Source: Halarcobacter sp. (GTDB lineage: Bacteria; Campylobacterota; Campylobacteria; Campylobacterales; Arcobacteraceae). Taken from it: a stretch of DNA of 64,000 nucleotides. The notes beneath the pieces are model-generated. The model worked only from the letters and a program-made list of their open reading frames with translations, did not search any database and was not told the origin of the DNA. The DNA lies in the NCBI GenBank assembly GCA_963676565.1, contig OY781089.1, positions 1,760,001 to 1,824,000 on the forward strand, given 5' to 3'. Made by a program: the position numbers and the translations under genes. Positions within the stretch are counted from its first letter, which is position 1, and every line of letters starts with the position of its first letter. Of the stretch, positions 30,710-39,303 are shown piece after piece.

Positions 30710-31348
30710 TTTAATCTTTTTATTTTTTGAACTTAAATAAATTTTAGTCCATTTGTAGTTACTCAAATTTTTTATATCAGATAAAATATCTATCTCTTTA
30801 TTATTTAAATCAATTGTTTCTAAAGTATGTAAAACTAAAATATCATCTCTTTTGGTTAAGGGTAAAATCTCTTTATTTATACTATCTAAAATAAATAGAT
30901 CAGAGTATGAATTTTCTTGATAACCTAAAACCAAATGGTATTCATTGTTATGAAGATTGTGTATCACTGAAAGTTTTGATTCCTCAACACCTAATTCAAT
31001 CAAAGTAAAATATTTGGCAATAACAAAATCTTCACAATCTCCTGCACCTTTAATTATAAACTCTTTTCTAGTAGCCCAATAATCTTTTTTGTTGTAAATG
31101 GTTTCATCACTTACATATGGATAAGTATTATAAAAATCATTAACCTCATTTAATTTTATAAAGTCATCATCTACGTCTTTTAATGATTTTTTTAATAGCA
31201 TCAAATCATTTATTCTATCAAAGATGATATTTTTTTGTGATGAGTGAGATATTTTAATAAAATCTTCATCTGTAATTTTTAAATCTTCTAATGTTGAAGA
31301 AAAGAGTAAAGTTGTAGTCAATAATGTAATTAGGAATAAGTTTTTCAT
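30698..31348 (-). CDS. LapG-like transglutaminase-like cysteine protease (BTLCP, C93)
   Basis: Signal peptide; VNDFYN..Y.SD, DYWAT, GDCEDFVIAKYFTL, HLVL, ILDS (Cys-His-Asp triad). Confidence 0.9.
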   Translation of the reverse strand: MKNLFLITLLTTTLLFSSTLEDLKITDEDFIKISHSSQKNIIFDRINDLMLLKKSLKDVDDDFIKLNEVNDFYNTYPYVSDETIYNKKDYWATRKEFIIKGAGDCEDFVIAKYFTLIELGVEESKLSVIHNLHNNEYHLVLGYQENSYSDLFILDSINKEILPLTKRDDILVLHTLETIDLNNKEIDILSDIKNLSNYKWTKIYLSSKNKKIKLVN

Positions 31349-31399
31349 TGGTGAATTATAATCAATTTATGATAAAATCACAACTTGTGAAAGGGAAAT

Positions 31400-32755
31400 A
31401 TGAAAACAGTTGACTTAGTAGAAAGAATTGAAGGGGAAGCAAAACTTGTTTGCTCTTGGGATGATGGAATTATTACAGATACAAAAATTAAGTTTTTGAA
31501 TTTTAGAGGTTTTGAATTTATCTTAGAAGGAAAACCTGTACTTGATGCACTAGTTTATACACCTAGAATTTGTGGAATTTGTGGTCAAGCACACCTAAAA
31601 GCAACTGTTGACGCCCTTGAAAATGCCTATGAAAACATAGGTGAAGAATTAACTGTAACAAATAAAGCAAAACTGTTAAGAGAAATTGGTCTAAATATTG
31701 AGATGATTGATTCACATATTAAATGGTTTTATCTATTTATTATGCCTGATATGACAAAACTTTCTAAAAAAGAATATTCAGGGTATGAGCCATTCTCAGG
31801 TAAGAAGTGGTTAAAAGGAACTTCAATAGCTAGTGAGATTATAAAATCCCTTGCAATTATTGGTGGTCAGTGGCCACATACTTCTTATATGATACCAGGA
31901 GGGGTTATGAGTGACCCTACACTTTTAGATTTAGTTACTATGGAAAATTATCTTGATAATGCTATTAGGTTTTTTGAAGAGGATTTTGCAGGAGTTTCAC
32001 TTGATGAATATTTGTCTTTTAATAGTGAATCAGATTTAGAAAAAATTGGCTTAGATTTAAAAGATTTTATTGATATTAGTTTTGAAAATGATTTTCATAA
32101 TATTGGAAAAGCATATAATAGATTTATTGCCCTAACAAATTCTCCTTCTTTTAAAGCAGGTAAAAAAAATAAAAGATTAAACACTAATTTAGATTTTAAA
32201 AATATTTGTGAAGATAGCAAATATACATTTAATGTTGATTCAAATGAGGAATCAAAGGAAGCTTATGGCTGGGCAAAAAATGTTAAATATGCAAATAATT
32301 TTTATGAAACGGGACCACTTGCAAGAGCTGTAATAAATGAAAGAAAATTTATCTCTAAGTTAAATAAAAAATTTGATGATTCTGTTTTAACAAGGGTACT
32401 AGCTAGAATGGATGAGTTTGCATACTTAATACAAGAAACAAAAAAATTAATAAAACAAATTGATATATCTGAACAAAGTTTTATTAAACCAAAATTCACA
32501 TTTAACATGGTAGATGAAGTAATAGGTGTATCCTCTGTTGAAGCAACAAGAGGCTCTTTATATCATGAAGTAAAAATTAAATATGGAAAAATTGATTCAT
32601 ATAATGTAATTACTCCAACTGTATGGAATTTAGGTCCTGGAGATAAAGATAATTATTCAATTGCACAAAAAGCAATTATAGGAAATGATTCAATTGAAAA
32701 AGCAAAAATTATATTAAGAAGTTTTGATGTGTGTTCTGTATGCACAACTCATTAA
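31400..32755 (+). CDS. Cytoplasmic [NiFe]-hydrogenase large subunit (group 2d-like)
   Basis: ERIEGE; L1 PRICGICGQAH; L2 RSFDVCSVCTTH followed directly by a stop (no cleavable extension). Confidence 0.92.
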   Translation: MKTVDLVERIEGEAKLVCSWDDGIITDTKIKFLNFRGFEFILEGKPVLDALVYTPRICGICGQAHLKATVDALENAYENIGEELTVTNKAKLLREIGLNIEMIDSHIKWFYLFIMPDMTKLSKKEYSGYEPFSGKKWLKGTSIASEIIKSLAIIGGQWPHTSYMIPGGVMSDPTLLDLVTMENYLDNAIRFFEEDFAGVSLDEYLSFNSESDLEKIGLDLKDFIDISFENDFHNIGKAYNRFIALTNSPSFKAGKKNKRLNTNLDFKNICEDSKYTFNVDSNEESKEAYGWAKNVKYANNFYETGPLARAVINERKFISKLNKKFDDSVLTRVLARMDEFAYLIQETKKLIKQIDISEQSFIKPKFTFNMVDEVIGVSSVEATRGSLYHEVKIKYGKIDSYNVITPTVWNLGPGDKDNYSIAQKAIIGNDSIEKAKIILRSFDVCSVCTTH

Positions 32756-32914
32756 TTAAAAATTGTGTTAATAGGTAACACTTTAAATATAAAATTAAAC
32801 TTAAAAAGTAACTCTTAAAATTATCATAGAAAATAGACAAAATTAGTCTTATTTTCTCCTAACTCCAACAAAAACGACACTTTTGTGTCACAAATCCCTT
32901 TTTTCGGCAACTTT

Positions 32915-32926
32915 ATGAATATTCAT
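32915..32926. promoter_or_regulatory. Candidate TetR operator, copy 2
   Basis: ATGAATATTCAT upstream of hydA1. Confidence 0.7.
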
Positions 32927-32989
32927 TCAATTTTTTTAGTTTAAAAAATTAAGTTTCAGCTAAGTCTAAACGCGTTAATTTACAATTAA

Positions 32990-33009
32990 TTAAATGAATA
33001 TTCATTTAA
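32990..33009. promoter_or_regulatory. Candidate TetR operator, copy 3 (20-bp perfect palindrome)
   Basis: TTAAATGAATATTCATTTAA ending 28 nt before the hydA1 ATG. Confidence 0.75.
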
Positions 33010-33037
33010 ATAAGACTTTTGGACTAAGGAGCGGTAT

Positions 33038-34282
33038 ATGGTTGATTCTCATGATATGGTAAAAAAAGTTTTTACCACCAATTCTTCAAGAATTGATACA
33101 AATAAAGGTGATGCATACTATAACAATTTGTTTGAACAGGCAAAGGCAAGGTTAAGCGCATTAAAAAAACAACCACCACTAAAAGATGTTGATATTATTG
33201 ACGTTGTAGAGAGTGAAGGTGTAGATAGAAGAGATTTCATGAAGTGGGCAAGTGCAACAACAGCAACACTTATGTTACCTCCTATGTTTACTCCACTTGT
33301 TGCAGAAGCTACAGAGCTTATGAATAGAGTTCCTGTTATTTGGATTGAGTTACAAGATTGTGCAGGAAATTCAGAAGCAATTTTAAGGTCTGCAACTCCA
33401 ACTGTTGATGATCTAATTTTCGATGTTTTATCTTTAGAATATCATCATACACTTCAAGCAGCATCTGGTCATCAAGCAGAAGCTCAACTTGAAGATGCAG
33501 TTCATCATTTTAAAGGAAAATATTTACTTTTTGTTGAAGGTGCTATTCCTACAGCAATGAATGGTGGTTATGGAACAATTGGACCTAGTGGTGAAACTTA
33601 TATTGATAACTTAAAAAGATTATCAAATGACGCAGCAGCAGTTGTAGCAGTTGGTACATGTGCAACATTTGGTGGAATCCCTGCAGCTGCTCCAAATCCA
33701 ACAGGTGCAGTTGGTGTTATGGATATTGTAAAGGGTAAACCTATTATAAATATTCCAGCATGTCCAGCTAATCCAGCAAATATGGTTGGGGTTGTATTAC
33801 ACTATGTTTTAACAGGACAAATTCCTGAGTTAGACTCACTACTTAGACCAAAATTTGCATTTGGTTATAGAATCCATGATAACTGTGAAAGAAGAGCACA
33901 CTTTGATGCTGGTGAATTTGTTGAAGAGTGGGGAGATGTTGGAGCACAAAACAACTTCTGTTTATATAAAATGGGTTGTAAAGGTCCTATGACTTTTAAC
34001 AACTGTTCAATTATTAGATATAACGAAGGTGCAAACTGGCCTATTGGAGTTGGTCGAGGATGTATTGGATGTTCAGAACCTGATTTTTGGGATAAATATG
34101 CTTATGAAAGACCAATGGCTGGAGCTAATATTAAAGCACCAACTGGTGGAGTAGAAAAAACTGTAGATGAGTTTGGTCTTGGATTATTAACAGCAACGGC
34201 AATTGGTATTGGTGTACATGCAGTTACAAGTGCAGCAATTGGAAAAAAATCAGAACATAAACATAGTGAAGATGGAGAATAA
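33038..34282 (+). CDS. hydA: Membrane-bound uptake [NiFe]-hydrogenase 1 small subunit (group 1b-like)
   Basis: Tat motif DRRDFMK; QDCAGN; GTCATFGG; CP; HDNCER; CLYKMGCKGP; GCIGC; C-terminal TM helix with His. Confidence 0.93.
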   Translation: MVDSHDMVKKVFTTNSSRIDTNKGDAYYNNLFEQAKARLSALKKQPPLKDVDIIDVVESEGVDRRDFMKWASATTATLMLPPMFTPLVAEATELMNRVPVIWIELQDCAGNSEAILRSATPTVDDLIFDVLSLEYHHTLQAASGHQAEAQLEDAVHHFKGKYLLFVEGAIPTAMNGGYGTIGPSGETYIDNLKRLSNDAAAVVAVGTCATFGGIPAAAPNPTGAVGVMDIVKGKPIINIPACPANPANMVGVVLHYVLTGQIPELDSLLRPKFAFGYRIHDNCERRAHFDAGEFVEEWGDVGAQNNFCLYKMGCKGPMTFNNCSIIRYNEGANWPIGVGRGCIGCSEPDFWDKYAYERPMAGANIKAPTGGVEKTVDEFGLGLLTATAIGIGVHAVTSAAIGKKSEHKHSEDGE

Positions 34283-34284
34283 GA

Positions 34285-36021
34285 ATGAGTAAACATGTAG
34301 TAATTGACCCAATAACAAGAATTGAGGGACACTTAAGAATAGAAGCAGTGATTGATGAGAATAATGTAATCACTGAGGCTTTCAGTTCTTCAACTATGTT
34401 TAGAGGTATTGAAACAATCTTACAAGGTAGAGATCCAAGAGACTGTGGTCTTTTAGCTATGAGAATCTGTGGTGTTTGTACAGGTACTCACTATCAAAGA
34501 TCAATTGAGGCTGTTGAACATGCATTTGATGTAACAATTCCAAAAAATGCTAGACTTGTTAGAAATCTAATGCAAGGTGCATTATATTTACATGACCACG
34601 TTGTTCACTTCTATCACTTACATGCTTTAGATTTTGTTGATATTACAAAAGCTTTAGAAGCAGATCCAAAGAAAACAGTAGAGGAAGCTCAAAAATGGGC
34701 AAAACTTTCAGGTCAAAGATCTTGGAAAGCAAGTGAAGATACTTTTATTGAAGTTCAAGAAAGAGTTACTAAATATGTAAAACAAGGAAGACTTGGTATT
34801 TTTGGAAACGCTTATTGGGGATCAAAAGCATATAAGCTAACTCCTGAGCAAAATCTAATTGGTTTATATCACTATTTAGAAGCACTTGAGCTACAAAGAA
34901 GAATAGCGAAGGCTCAAGCAATTTTTGGTGGTAAAAACCCACATCCACAATCGATTGTTGTTGGTGGTGTAACTTGTGTTCAAGATTTAAAAAATCCTGC
35001 TAGAATTGCTGAATTTAAAGATATTATTCAATTAGCACAAAAATTTATTAAAGAAGCTTATCTTCCAGATATTTATATGGCTGGGACTATGTATGCAGAT
35101 GAAGCATTAGCTGGAATTGGTGGAGGTTTAGGAAACTTCATGTCTTATGGTGACTTTAGATTAGATGATTTACCATTCTATGAATCTTCTAAATTATTCC
35201 CAAGTGGAATAGTAATGAACAAAGATTTATCTAAAGTTTATGAATTAGATCAAACTAAAATCACAGAAGATGTAACACATGCTTGGTATGAAGGTAATAC
35301 AAACCTACACCCTTATGATGGTGTTACTCATCCAAAATATACTGGTTTTGCTAAAAAAGAAAATAATATTGCCTACTTAGATACAGAAGGTAAATATTCT
35401 TGGATTAAATCACCATTATATGATGATGAAAGAATGGAAGTAGGTCCATTGGCAAGAATGGTTGTAGGAGTTGCAAAAGGTGATGAGAGAATTACCAAGT
35501 ATGTTACAACATTCTTAAAAAATGGAAACTTACCAACAAAAGTTTTATTCTCAACAATTGGTAGAACAGCGGCAAGAGCTATTGAATCTGAAATGATGGC
35601 TGATGAGATTATAAAATGGTGTGATGAACTTGCAGTTAATGTTGCTTCAGGAGACTTATCTACATGGACTGAGTTTGATTTTGATAAAGTTTCTAAAGAT
35701 ACTCAAGGTTTTGGTATGGCAGAAGCTCCAAGAGGTGGTTTAGGTCACTGGGTAAAAATTAAAGATGGAAAAGTAGAAAACTATCAAGCTGTTGTTCCAT
35801 CTACTTGGAATGCAGCACCAAAAGATTATAAAGGTAGACTTGGAGCATATGAGGCATCTTTAATAGGTACTCCTGTAGTTAATCCAGATGAGCCATTAGA
35901 GATTATTAGAACAGTTCATAGTTTTGACCCTTGTATTGCATGTGCAGTTCACATTGTAGATACAAATGGTAAAGAATTAGCAGTTTATAAAGTAGATCCA
36001 ATAGGAGGAAGCTGTGCCTAA
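34285..36021 (+). CDS. hydB: Uptake hydrogenase 1 large subunit
   Basis: DPITRIEGH; RICGVC; FDPCIACAVH plus C-terminal extension. Confidence 0.96.
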   Translation: MSKHVVIDPITRIEGHLRIEAVIDENNVITEAFSSSTMFRGIETILQGRDPRDCGLLAMRICGVCTGTHYQRSIEAVEHAFDVTIPKNARLVRNLMQGALYLHDHVVHFYHLHALDFVDITKALEADPKKTVEEAQKWAKLSGQRSWKASEDTFIEVQERVTKYVKQGRLGIFGNAYWGSKAYKLTPEQNLIGLYHYLEALELQRRIAKAQAIFGGKNPHPQSIVVGGVTCVQDLKNPARIAEFKDIIQLAQKFIKEAYLPDIYMAGTMYADEALAGIGGGLGNFMSYGDFRLDDLPFYESSKLFPSGIVMNKDLSKVYELDQTKITEDVTHAWYEGNTNLHPYDGVTHPKYTGFAKKENNIAYLDTEGKYSWIKSPLYDDERMEVGPLARMVVGVAKGDERITKYVTTFLKNGNLPTKVLFSTIGRTAARAIESEMMADEIIKWCDELAVNVASGDLSTWTEFDFDKVSKDTQGFGMAEAPRGGLGHWVKIKDGKVENYQAVVPSTWNAAPKDYKGRLGAYEASLIGTPVVNPDEPLEIIRTVHSFDPCIACAVHIVDTNGKELAVYKVDPIGGSCA

Positions 36022-36727
36022 AATGAAACGGGTTATGAGAATGACTCCAATGATGCGAACCATTCACTGGGTGAATGCGATTTGCATGGTTGTTGCAGTC
36101 ATAACCGGTCTTTACATAGGATATCCATACTATCAAACATTAATTGCTGATCCAGCAGTTGACAAATATGTGATGGCGTGGAATAGATGGGGGCATTTTA
36201 TTGCAGCAATTATTTTTGATGTTTCTGCAATTTTAATTGGTTATTTATATCTTTTTTCAAGATTTGAAAAACCATATAAAAAGATTTTGCCAACTAAGAA
36301 AAATTTTATTGAGTTTTGTGAAGTATTTTTTAACCTACTTACTTTTAATAGAAGAAAAAAGTTTGATTCAACATATAGTGATTCTTATAACATTATGTTT
36401 TTTACACTTTTTCATATTCTATTGGTATTTATGTTATTAACGGGACTTCAATTATATGTTCATGGTTTAGCATCTGGACATAGTTCTATTGGAGCTTGGT
36501 GGCCATGGCTGTTACATTTTATGACAGATTGGACATTAGATGTATTTGGTGGGAATATGGGTGTTAGAATTGCACACCATACAGCTATGTATTTGATTTT
36601 AATGTGGGTAATGTCTCATATATATTATCAAATATGGAGAACTATCTTCTGGAGAGAAGGTGATATTAATATCGTATTTGGTGGTTATAAATTTGCAAAT
36701 AAATCATCAAAAGGTGAAGATAAGTAG
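36014..36727 (+). CDS. hydC: Hydrogenase 1 cytochrome b subunit
   Basis: RTIHW; four TM helices with heme-ligand His (WGHF, AHH, SHIY). Confidence 0.9.
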   Translation: MPKMKRVMRMTPMMRTIHWVNAICMVVAVITGLYIGYPYYQTLIADPAVDKYVMAWNRWGHFIAAIIFDVSAILIGYLYLFSRFEKPYKKILPTKKNFIEFCEVFFNLLTFNRRKKFDSTYSDSYNIMFFTLFHILLVFMLLTGLQLYVHGLASGHSSIGAWWPWLLHFMTDWTLDVFGGNMGVRIAHHTAMYLILMWVMSHIYYQIWRTIFWREGDINIVFGGYKFANKSSKGEDK

Positions 36728-36749
36728 TAAGTTTATACAAAATTGACAC

Positions 36750-36785
36750 AATAGGCTGTAGTTTTAGCTACAGCCTATTTTTTTT
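36750..36785 (+). terminator. Intrinsic terminator after hydC1
   Basis: AATAGGCTGTAG-N6-CTACAGCCTATT followed by a T-run. Confidence 0.85.
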
Positions 36786-36827
36786 CTTATAATATAAGAA
36801 TATGAGAATTTAAAGCTAGGAAAATTG

Positions 36828-37403
36828 ATGAGAAATATTGTAATTGGTGTTGGAAATGTACTATTTAAAGATGAAGGTGTAGGTATTTTTGCATCTAAAT
36901 ATTTAGAAAAAAACTATGACTTTGAAGGTGATTTAGAAATTATTGAGGGTGGGACTTTAGGTTTTAAACTTATGACATATTTCCAAGAATATGATAATGT
37001 AATCATTTTAGATACAGTTTCAATTGAGGATAAGCCAGGTGAGATTTTTAGATTACCATCTGACGTATTACTTGGACTTGGACAATATAGAAAAACAGCC
37101 CATGAAGTTGAGATTATTGAGATGCTTGAGATAGTATCTGTTTTAGATAGCCATGCAGAGGTAACTATTTTAGGAATAGTTCCAGAAGATATAGTAAGTG
37201 TAGAAATTGGACTTACTAAAAAAATTGAAGATAGATTTGAAGAGTTTATTTTACAAACTATAAAAGAACTTGATAGTATAGGTGTAAAAGCAGTTAAAAA
37301 AGATAATAAAAGTGTAAAAGATATAGGACTTCAATTAATTGGAAGTTATAATGGGGAGCATTTAAATAGAATCCCAAATGAGGAAGATACAACATGGAGT
37401 TAA
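36828..37403 (+). CDS. hydD: Hydrogenase maturation endopeptidase 1
   Basis: GVGNVLFKDEGVG, EGGTLG, ILD, TAHE. Confidence 0.92.
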   Translation: MRNIVIGVGNVLFKDEGVGIFASKYLEKNYDFEGDLEIIEGGTLGFKLMTYFQEYDNVIILDTVSIEDKPGEIFRLPSDVLLGLGQYRKTAHEVEIIEMLEIVSVLDSHAEVTILGIVPEDIVSVEIGLTKKIEDRFEEFILQTIKELDSIGVKAVKKDNKSVKDIGLQLIGSYNGEHLNRIPNEEDTTWS

Positions 37404-38929
37404 TTTATAAGATAAATTTCAATAGTACAAATTTTTATTTTAAAGATATAATTGATTGTTTAATAAAAGAATCTCAAGTTTTGGCACAAACAAAAATGTA
37501 TAAAGGCTTTATTCTTATTATTTGTAATGATACACAAGAAAATATAGAAGTATTTTTCAAAATCTTAGAGCAGAAACTTCCTTTATCAATCTTTTTAGAA
37601 AGTGCAGAAGTTATTGAGTCTTTTAATTATAATGATTATGAAGAATTGGAAGATAAAGATGTTAAAATTAATCTTTCTTTATTAACTAATGATGAGATTA
37701 AAACTATTATAACTGAAAATAATATAGATTTTACAAACGATATAGAAAAGATAAAAGATGGTGGAGTATCTAGGTTTGAAACCCACAATGGGTTAAAAGA
37801 TATCTTTTTACCTTCTGTTGAAAATAGAGAATTTTTTGAAAAAAAAGGTAAAGAGGTTAAACTTTTAATTACAGATATAAATTCACTTACAAACTTAGTT
37901 GAAATCTCACAAAAAGATTTACAACTTCTTTGCTCAATTGAAAGACCTTTAATTAAGTTAAAGTTTAAACTTTTACAAAATTCAAAGGGTGAATATTCAA
38001 GTACTAGATTTATACATGCAAAAATCCCAGATGATAAAGAAACACTACTATTTGCTGATGCATTAAAAAAACATGGAATCAATGCTGTTTTATATGTAAA
38101 TGATGATGTTTATCAAGATGGACTAAAGTTAAGTTATAATGAAAAACAAAATATTATAACTCATGGGGAAAAAGGGATTTTTCCAAAGTATGATTATCAA
38201 TTAAATAGACAGGTTAATTCTTCTGCAGATTTTTTTGAAGAGTATGGTTCTGTATTTAAAGCTTCAATTGCACAATTAAATAAAAGAGTAGTACCAACTA
38301 TTGGTATTTATTTTTCATATGAAAGTGATGAATCAGCAATTAAAATAAATGTTCCTACAGTTGGAGAGAAAGATGTGATTCTTATTCCAAATGTGGTAAA
38401 TAATGTAGAAAATTGTTTAGAAGATATTGCATCAATAGATGAACATTGTGAGAGGTTGATTTCTAATTATAAAGATAAATTTCCACAATATTTTGAAAAA
38501 GAGTTTATAAATAAAGATGTGGATGGTTTTGAATCAATTCTAAATTTATTAGCTTATATGTTAGGCATGAGAAATAGAAAACAGTTTGAAGATACAGCTT
38601 TAATGTTTGGTGGTAAAAGTGGTCTACAAGTTGATATGAAAATTATGCAAATTGATGGGAAAAACTACTTAGACTATAGAAGAGTTATCCAAAGTATAAT
38701 GAGTTATAAAATGGCAGACGTAGATGAAACTATGTTAGCATATTCATTTTATGAATCTTTGGTAGACTTTATAGAAGAAAATATATCAAAAATATCTGAA
38801 GAGATTAAGGCAAAAGATTTAATCCTTTGTGGAAACATGTTCTCTAACTCAATACTACTATCTAAATTAGATAAAAAACTAAGTAATATCAATATTCTTA
38901 TCCCTAAAGAATATCCAATAGACTTATAA
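37394..38929 (+). CDS. HydE-like hydrogenase accessory protein 1 (degenerate HypF-like)
   Basis: Follows hydD; LPLSIFL, SIERP, SYKMADVD...LAYSFYESL, ILCGNMFSN; shares these blocks with 43435-45048. Confidence 0.7.
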   Translation: MELIYKINFNSTNFYFKDIIDCLIKESQVLAQTKMYKGFILIICNDTQENIEVFFKILEQKLPLSIFLESAEVIESFNYNDYEELEDKDVKINLSLLTNDEIKTIITENNIDFTNDIEKIKDGGVSRFETHNGLKDIFLPSVENREFFEKKGKEVKLLITDINSLTNLVEISQKDLQLLCSIERPLIKLKFKLLQNSKGEYSSTRFIHAKIPDDKETLLFADALKKHGINAVLYVNDDVYQDGLKLSYNEKQNIITHGEKGIFPKYDYQLNRQVNSSADFFEEYGSVFKASIAQLNKRVVPTIGIYFSYESDESAIKINVPTVGEKDVILIPNVVNNVENCLEDIASIDEHCERLISNYKDKFPQYFEKEFINKDVDGFESILNLLAYMLGMRNRKQFEDTALMFGGKSGLQVDMKIMQIDGKNYLDYRRVIQSIMSYKMADVDETMLAYSFYESLVDFIEENISKISEEIKAKDLILCGNMFSNSILLSKLDKKLSNINILIPKEYPIDL

Positions 38930-38958
38930 TAAAAATATAATCAAAAGTAAACTTAACA

Positions 38959-39001
38959 CAAAAGAGAATTATTAGTTTATCTAATAATTCTCTTTTTTTT
39001 T
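38959..39001 (+). terminator. Intrinsic terminator after hydE1
   Basis: AAAAGAGAATTATTAG-TTTAT-CTAATAATTCTCTTTT plus T-run. Confidence 0.8.
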
Positions 39002-39200
39002 AAATCCATATAATAAATTATAATTATGTAAATTTTATGTAAAAAAAATGTATTGAATGTTTGTCTACATGGGCATTTGTGACATTAATATGACATTTAT
39101 AAAAGAGAAAAGAATTATAATTTCAAATAAATTTAATAAAAAGATTATAATTTTAGTTAAAGTTAAGTTTAAGTCATGTAAGATTTGTTAAGTTAAACAA

Positions 39201-39216
39201 AAATGAATGTTCATTT
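39201..39216. promoter_or_regulatory. Candidate TetR operator, copy 4
   Basis: AAATGAATGTTCATTT (one mismatch) upstream of hydA2; weaker ATGAATGTTTAT at 39273-39284. Confidence 0.65.
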
Positions 39217-39303
39217 GTTAATAGAATTTGTAAGTTTAATTTAAACTTACTTAAATGATGCTTTTATTATGAATGAATGTTTATTAATCGAAAGGAAAAA
39301 AGA

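Noticed and set aside
39150..39200. Repeated TTAAG/GTTAA words upstream of hydA2
   Set aside because: Consistent with the periodic AT-rich upstream signal of Campylobacterota sigma70 promoters; not a CRISPR array or iteron set.
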